Of a DNA stretch of 64,000 bases, positions 59,110 to 64,000 are shown in pieces; position 1 is the first letter of the stretch, and each line of letters opens with the position of its first letter. Both the position numbers and the translations under genes were made by a program. Origin of the DNA: an uncultured Acidobacteriaceae bacterium (GTDB lineage Bacteria > Acidobacteriota > Terriglobia > Terriglobales > Acidobacteriaceae); the NCBI GenBank assembly GCA_963798035.1, contig CAWCRW010000005.1, positions 133,227 to 197,226 of the forward strand, given 5' to 3'. The notes under the pieces are model-generated. The model was given only the letters and a program-made list of their open reading frames with translations, had not been told where the DNA came from and made no database searches.

Positions 59110-59613
59110 ATGCCCATGGGATGGAATGAGGACCTGGAACAGATCGCATTGCAGGAAAAGGAGCTCGTGTTGCCGCGCCTCGATGCGCAAACTGCATGGG
59201 AGCTCGGTGTTCGGCTGCGCACCATGGGCGCAGAACGCAAACTTCCCATCGTCATCGACGTGCGCCGCTTCGGACAGCCGCTCTTTTATGCGGCGATGGA
59301 CGCAACCACTCCCGATAACGTCGAATGGGTTCGACGCAAGGTCAACGTGGTCGCCCGCTTTCATCGCAGTTCCTACGCCATTGGCGTCAAGGAGAAGATC
59401 AAGAACGAAACCCTGCTCGAGAGCCAGGGCCTGCCCGTCGCAGACTACGCGACCCACGGCGGCTCGTTTCCCCTGGCGGTTGTCGGCGTCGGCGTTGTCG
59501 GCAGCGTGACCGTCTCCGGCCTTCCCCAACGGGGCGACCATGAGATGGCAGTGGAAGCACTTTGCGGCCTGCTCGGCCGAGATTATGAGAAACTGCGCCT
59601 TCTCAAAGAGTAG
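59110..59613 (+). CDS. GlcG/HbpS-like (UPF0303) heme-binding-fold protein
   Basis: W-RRK-N-V-RF--SS, HGGSFPL and VSGLPQ--DH motifs. Confidence 0.85.
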   Translation: MPMGWNEDLEQIALQEKELVLPRLDAQTAWELGVRLRTMGAERKLPIVIDVRRFGQPLFYAAMDATTPDNVEWVRRKVNVVARFHRSSYAIGVKEKIKNETLLESQGLPVADYATHGGSFPLAVVGVGVVGSVTVSGLPQRGDHEMAVEALCGLLGRDYEKLRLLKE

Positions 59614-59625
59614 ACCGCGCCTCGC

Positions 59626-60957
59626 CTAGGGTTGCTCTTTTTCGATCACGGCAATGAAGAATCCATCGGTGCCCATCGCGCCCGGCATCAACCGCAGAAA
59701 ACCTTCGGGTGAAATGCCGCTCTTGAGTTGCTCCGCGCCTGCGTCCGTCACGATATCCTGCATTTGCAGCTCCGCAATGACCGCTTTCCCGGGCGCCACA
59801 CGAACCCCGCGCACATCCGCAAGAACTGCTGCAACCACATCTTCGTTTTCTTCCGGTTCCAGCGAACAGGTGGAATAAACGACGCGCCCGCCGCCTCGCA
59901 CAGCGCGCAATGCAGCGCGAAGAATCGTTCTCTGCCGCTCTGCCTGCCGCGCCAAATCTTCCAACCGCAACCGGTGACGAATCTCTGGATTGCGTCCCAG
60001 CGTGCCCGTGCCACTGCACGGCACATCCGCAAGCACCAGGTCGAATGCGCACTCGTCGGTCAACATCGCAGCATCCCCCAGCTGGCATTCCACCCGTGCT
60101 CCAAGCGGCGACAGCCGCTTTTGCAACTGAGCAAGTCGCTGTGCATTCGAATCGCGCGCCACAATGCGCGCTTCAGGATTGCGCTCCGCGAGGATCAGCG
60201 TCTTGCCACCCGGCGCCGCGCAGCAATCGAGGATCCTCTCACCGCGGCCCGCAACTTCGGCCACCAACTGCGACCCTTCATCCTGCATCCGCACCCCCCC
60301 CTGTCGGAATGTATCGGATGCAGTCACATCGCCCGCGCTCACGATCCACGCGGAACGCAGCAGATTGCCCGGCTCCAGATGAATCCCCGCCGCATCGAGC
60401 TCATTCCCAACTTCGGAGCTTGCGACCCGAACCGCTGTCGCCGGCTGCTCTTGTCCATGCACACAGATCGCCCGCGCCCCGTCCGGCCCATAAAACCGGT
60501 TCCACCGTTCCACCATCCACGCGGGATGCGCCTGCACCGCCGCTTCCGCTTCATCTTCGGATTTCGGTGCGCTGGCCAGCTTGCGCAAAACCGCGTTCAC
60601 CATGCGCGCCGCGAAACGATGCCCCGCTTGTTTCGCCGACTCCACGCTCTCATCAAGCGCCGCATGCGCCGGCACGCGGTCCATGTGCAGCAGTTGAAAC
60701 GCACCCAGTCGCAACGCGATCGCGATTTCGGGATCGAGGTGCGCACCGGGCCGGTCGAGAAATCCCCGAATCTGCTCGTCCAGCCGAATCTGCCAGCGCA
60801 GCACGCCCATCACGAGGGCAGTCGCAAGGTTCCGATCCCCCGTCGAGAGAGCCGCAACGCGCTCGCCCCGCAGCAACTCATCAGAGTGCGCGCGCCCGCG
60901 TTCAACCTCCAGCAAAATCTTGAAGGCAGCCTTGCGCGCCGGGGACACGGAAGCCAT
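59626..60957 (-). CDS. rsmB: 16S rRNA m5C967 methyltransferase
   Basis: NusB-like N-terminus; QDEGSQL, LDCCAAPGGKT, DVPCSGTG and YSTCS motifs. Confidence 0.95.
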   Translation of the reverse strand: MASVSPARKAAFKILLEVERGRAHSDELLRGERVAALSTGDRNLATALVMGVLRWQIRLDEQIRGFLDRPGAHLDPEIAIALRLGAFQLLHMDRVPAHAALDESVESAKQAGHRFAARMVNAVLRKLASAPKSEDEAEAAVQAHPAWMVERWNRFYGPDGARAICVHGQEQPATAVRVASSEVGNELDAAGIHLEPGNLLRSAWIVSAGDVTASDTFRQGGVRMQDEGSQLVAEVAGRGERILDCCAAPGGKTLILAERNPEARIVARDSNAQRLAQLQKRLSPLGARVECQLGDAAMLTDECAFDLVLADVPCSGTGTLGRNPEIRHRLRLEDLARQAERQRTILRAALRAVRGGGRVVYSTCSLEPEENEDVVAAVLADVRGVRVAPGKAVIAELQMQDIVTDAGAEQLKSGISPEGFLRLMPGAMGTDGFFIAVIEKEQP

Positions 60958-60962
60958 GCGGA

Positions 60963-61907
60963 TCAACCCAACTTAGTGCCGGAAGCGAGTTGGATGCCGC
61001 GCAAGAACTCCACAGCCGGCATCCGCTTCTTGCCTTCCAATTGCACTTCAAGAAGTTCCAGCCACGTATCGTCCGCGCAACAGACCAGCAAATGTTTCTC
61101 GTCGACATGCACCTCGCCCGGCTGCGCGGAACCGGTTGCGTGCGTGGCGTCCGCTACCCCCATGCGATGCACAATCAGTTTTTTCCCATCCAGCAGCGTG
61201 AACGCCCCGGGCCAAGGCTGAAAGCCACGCCAGCGATTCTTGAGCTCCGTTGCCGTGTGCGCCGCAAAATTCATCCGGCCATCGTCGCGCTGCAACAGAG
61301 GCGCCAGCGTCGCGCGCGCAGGATCCTGCACCTTGGGCCACACACTGCCGTCCGCCAATCCCGCCAGTGTCTTCACCACCAGCGGCGCACCTCGCTTGGC
61401 CAACACTTCAAAAAGATCCGCCGCCGTCTGCTCCGGTCCAACAACAATCTCTTCTTGCAGCAGGATCGGCCCGGTATCCAGCCCTTCTTCCAGCAGCATC
61501 GTTGTGTTGCCGGTGACCGTCTCGCCCATCGCCACGGCCCACTGAATCGGCGCCGCTCCCCTGTATTTCGGCAGCAGCGACCCGTGCAGATTGATGCAAC
61601 CCAACCTCGGCAACGCCAGCATCCATGGCGAAATGATGCGGCCGTACGCCACCACCACGATCGCGTCCGGCCCAATCGCTTCAAGGCTCGCGCGAAACTC
61701 CGCATTGTTGCGAATTTTTTCCGGCTGCGTGACGTCCAGGCCTGCCGCCAACGCCACCTGCTTCACCGGCGTCGGCTCCACTTCCTGCCTGCGTCCCACC
61801 GGCCGATCGGGCTGCGTCAAAACCAGGGAGACTTCATGCCCCGCGTCCAGCAAGGCCTTCAGCGTGGGCACCGCAAACCGAGGCGTGCCGCAAAAAACAA
61901 GTCTCAC
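60963..61907 (-). CDS. fmt: Methionyl-tRNA formyltransferase
   Basis: GTPRFA, QPDRPVGR, NLHGSLLPKYRGAAPIQ and LDTGPI motifs. Confidence 0.97.
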   Translation of the reverse strand: MRLVFCGTPRFAVPTLKALLDAGHEVSLVLTQPDRPVGRRQEVEPTPVKQVALAAGLDVTQPEKIRNNAEFRASLEAIGPDAIVVVAYGRIISPWMLALPRLGCINLHGSLLPKYRGAAPIQWAVAMGETVTGNTTMLLEEGLDTGPILLQEEIVVGPEQTAADLFEVLAKRGAPLVVKTLAGLADGSVWPKVQDPARATLAPLLQRDDGRMNFAAHTATELKNRWRGFQPWPGAFTLLDGKKLIVHRMGVADATHATGSAQPGEVHVDEKHLLVCCADDTWLELLEVQLEGKKRMPAVEFLRGIQLASGTKLG

Positions 61908-61911
61908 GGCC

Positions 61912-62421
61912 TTACCATGTGCCTTCGCGCTGCATCTTCCGAATCTTGCGCAGTGTCAAATCGCGCTTCAGCGCGCTCATGCGAAAGATGAAAAGCATCC
62001 CGTCTAAATGGTCGATCTCATGCTGAAACGCACGTGACAGTAATTCTTCTCCGTCCATCTCGAACCACTTGCCTTTCTCATTCTGTGCCCGAATCCGCAC
62101 CTTGGCCGCGCGCGAAACCTTTTCGCGAATCTCAGGGAAGCTCAGGCAGCCTTCCTCCTCGTACTGCTTGCCTTCGCGAAAAATAATCTCCGGATTGATC
62201 AGCACCAGCTTTTGCGCCGGATCTTTGCCTTGCCCCAGGTCAATGACGGTAATGCGCTTTGCAACGCCCACCTGTTGCGCAGCCAGGCCAATCCCCTGCG
62301 AGGCATACATGGTCTCAAACATGTCGGCGACAAACTTGTGCAGTTCCGCATTGAATTCCGTTACCGGTTCGCCGGGTTGCTGCAACACCGGGTCGGGGTA
62401 CTTCACGATCTTCAGAATCAT
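61912..62421 (-). CDS. def: Peptide deformylase
   Basis: GIGLAAQQ, EGCLS and QHEIDH motifs. Confidence 0.97.
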   Translation of the reverse strand: MILKIVKYPDPVLQQPGEPVTEFNAELHKFVADMFETMYASQGIGLAAQQVGVAKRITVIDLGQGKDPAQKLVLINPEIIFREGKQYEEEGCLSFPEIREKVSRAAKVRIRAQNEKGKWFEMDGEELLSRAFQHEIDHLDGMLFIFRMSALKRDLTLRKIRKMQREGTW

Positions 62422-62429
62422 TGTTCCTT

Positions 62430-63608
62430 CTAAAAGCTCCGTATTTGTTCGATGTATCCGTCAAAATTCCGCTTCATCTCCAGCGCCGAGTCGCCGCCGA
62501 ATTTCTCATGGGCGAGACTCGCAACCGTCATCGCCACCATCGACTCCGCAGCGACTCCCGCTGCCGGCACCACGCAGATATCGCTGCGTTCGTAACTCGC
62601 GCTGGTTGCTTCCCGCGTGTCAAATCGCACCGACGCCAATGGCCGGCGCAAAGTTGAGATCGGCTTCAGATAACCGCGCACCACGAGGTCTTCCCCGTTC
62701 GACACGCCGCCTTCGATGCCGCCTGCATTGTTCCGCTCCCGCGTGAACCGGGTAGGCTTGCCCGTATCGCCGTCCGCATAGTGAATCGCATCGTGCACCG
62801 CGGAGCCAAAAGATTCCGCCGCCACCACGCCGCGTCCGATCTCCACCGCCTTCACCGCCTGCAGACTCATCACCGACCACGCCAGCAGCCCGTCCAGTCG
62901 CTCGTCCCACGTGGCATAGGTGCCAAGACCCGCCGGCACATTGTGGACCACAACCTCAAACACCCCGCCTACCGTATCCCCTGTGCGCGACGCGTGCTCC
63001 ACTTCTTCCTTCATCCGTGCCTCAGTCGCGGCGTCCACACAACTCAGCAGAATCTCCGTGCGGTTAGCAACCTCGGCAATCTCCTCCCAGGTGGCCGTTC
63101 TGTCTAACTCGACGCGCCCTACGCGAATCACGTGACTTGCAATCTCAATTCCCAGTTCCCGCAACAGCAGCTTCGCAAAAGCGCCCGCAGCCACGCGCGC
63201 GGTCGACTCCCGCGCAGACGCACGCTCCAAAACATAGCGTCCATCCGGGAAGTTGTACTTCAACGCGCCTGCCAGGTCGGCGTGCCCCGGCCGCGGCGAA
63301 GCAACGGCCTGATGCTTTGCCGGATCCCCAGCTTCTACCGGCAGCTTCTCTTCCCAGTTCTTCCAGTCGCGGTTCACAATCTCGATCGCCACAGGAGATC
63401 CGATCGTCTTTCCGTGCCGCACGCCGCTCAGGATGTGCACCTTGTCCGTTTCGATCTTCATCCGCCCGCCACGGCCATAGCCCTGCTGCCGCCGCCACAG
63501 TTCGTGATTTACAAAATCAAGATCGACGGGCACCCCCGCCGGCAATCCGGAAACCAGCGCAATTAACGCCTCCCCATGGGATTCCCCGGCAGTTGAGAAA
63601 CGGATCAT
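62430..63608 (-). CDS. aroC: Chorismate synthase
   Basis: TAGESHG, RPGHAD, ERASARE, GGIEGG and KPISTL...ERSD motifs; start at ATG 63608. Confidence 0.97.
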   Translation of the reverse strand: MIRFSTAGESHGEALIALVSGLPAGVPVDLDFVNHELWRRQQGYGRGGRMKIETDKVHILSGVRHGKTIGSPVAIEIVNRDWKNWEEKLPVEAGDPAKHQAVASPRPGHADLAGALKYNFPDGRYVLERASARESTARVAAGAFAKLLLRELGIEIASHVIRVGRVELDRTATWEEIAEVANRTEILLSCVDAATEARMKEEVEHASRTGDTVGGVFEVVVHNVPAGLGTYATWDERLDGLLAWSVMSLQAVKAVEIGRGVVAAESFGSAVHDAIHYADGDTGKPTRFTRERNNAGGIEGGVSNGEDLVVRGYLKPISTLRRPLASVRFDTREATSASYERSDICVVPAAGVAAESMVAMTVASLAHEKFGGDSALEMKRNFDGYIEQIRSF

Positions 63609-63764
63609 ATTCTTTCGATTGTAATGGAACCGAAAACCGCTCCCCCGGACCAGCGTTCCAGCTTCGAGCACGCCTGCAGATGACAAAACCCCCTTTACGC
63701 GTGAGATTTGTCCGCCAAGTTTGTGTATTCTGTCTCCTGTGATCCGGATTGCTGTTTCAAAATC

Positions 63765-63792
63765 CTGATCGCTGAACCCTGACCCCTGCCCT
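63765..63792. repeat. Heptamer tandem array (CTG-N4) x4
   Basis: CTGATCG CTGAACC CTGACCC CTGCCCT directly before ATG 63793. Confidence 0.7.
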
Positions 63793-64000
63793 ATGACCTA
63801 CTTCCTCTTCAAATCCGAACCCGACGTTTATTCCTTCGACGATCTCCTGCGCGACAAAGAAACTGTGTGGGATGGCGTAACCGCCCCCGCCGCCGTGAAG
63901 CATCTGCGCGAAATGAAGGCCGGAACGAAGTGGATCTTCTATCACACGGGCGATGAGCGCACCGCAGTCGGTACAGGCTCGGTGGTCAGCGTCGATCCCA
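63793..64000 (+). CDS. EVE-domain protein, N-terminal part (runs off the window edge)
   Basis: Hand translation: MTYFLFKSEPDVYSFDDL...WDGV...LREMKAG---FYHTG. Confidence 0.85.
   Translation, partial: MTYFLFKSEPDVYSFDDLLRDKETVWDGVTAPAAVKHLREMKAGTKWIFYHTGDERTAVGTGSVVSVDP

Overview
GC-rich bacterial chromosome segment, most likely Acidobacteriaceae (inferred from the ADOP permease, the ACIII-caa3 operon and the intergenic repeat types). The first 14.2 kb (minus strand) hold a complete alternative complex III operon (actABCDEF plus a conserved small membrane protein) running into sco and a type A2 caa3 oxidase (ctaC/D/E/F), followed by a truncated class II photolyase that the ORF track misses. 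The rest is mostly housekeeping: hemB, ahcY-metF with a divergent SahR-type regulator, ada, kdsB, tRNA-Met, PBP1A, ribF, aroB, menG, rsmB-fmt-def-aroC and several transporters. There is also a decayed accessory patch at about 24.9-29.8 kb. No CRISPR array, integrase, transposase or phage gene was found. The best leads are: (1) an Amt-family channel that keeps the twin histidines but has lost both Phe-gate residues and is translationally coupled to a 60-aa two-TM protein; (2) a CtpA/S41-PDZ protein with both catalytic residues replaced, upstream of PBP1A; (3) co-varying loss of the Mg/Mn-site ligands in oxidase subunits I and II; (4) a small gene bracketed by 20-bp direct repeats; (5) a MITE, REP-like and periodic repeat families, a Doc toxin remnant cut at its catalytic His, and a small secreted peptide behind a structured leader. 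All family calls come from motif recognition by eye; no database searches were run.
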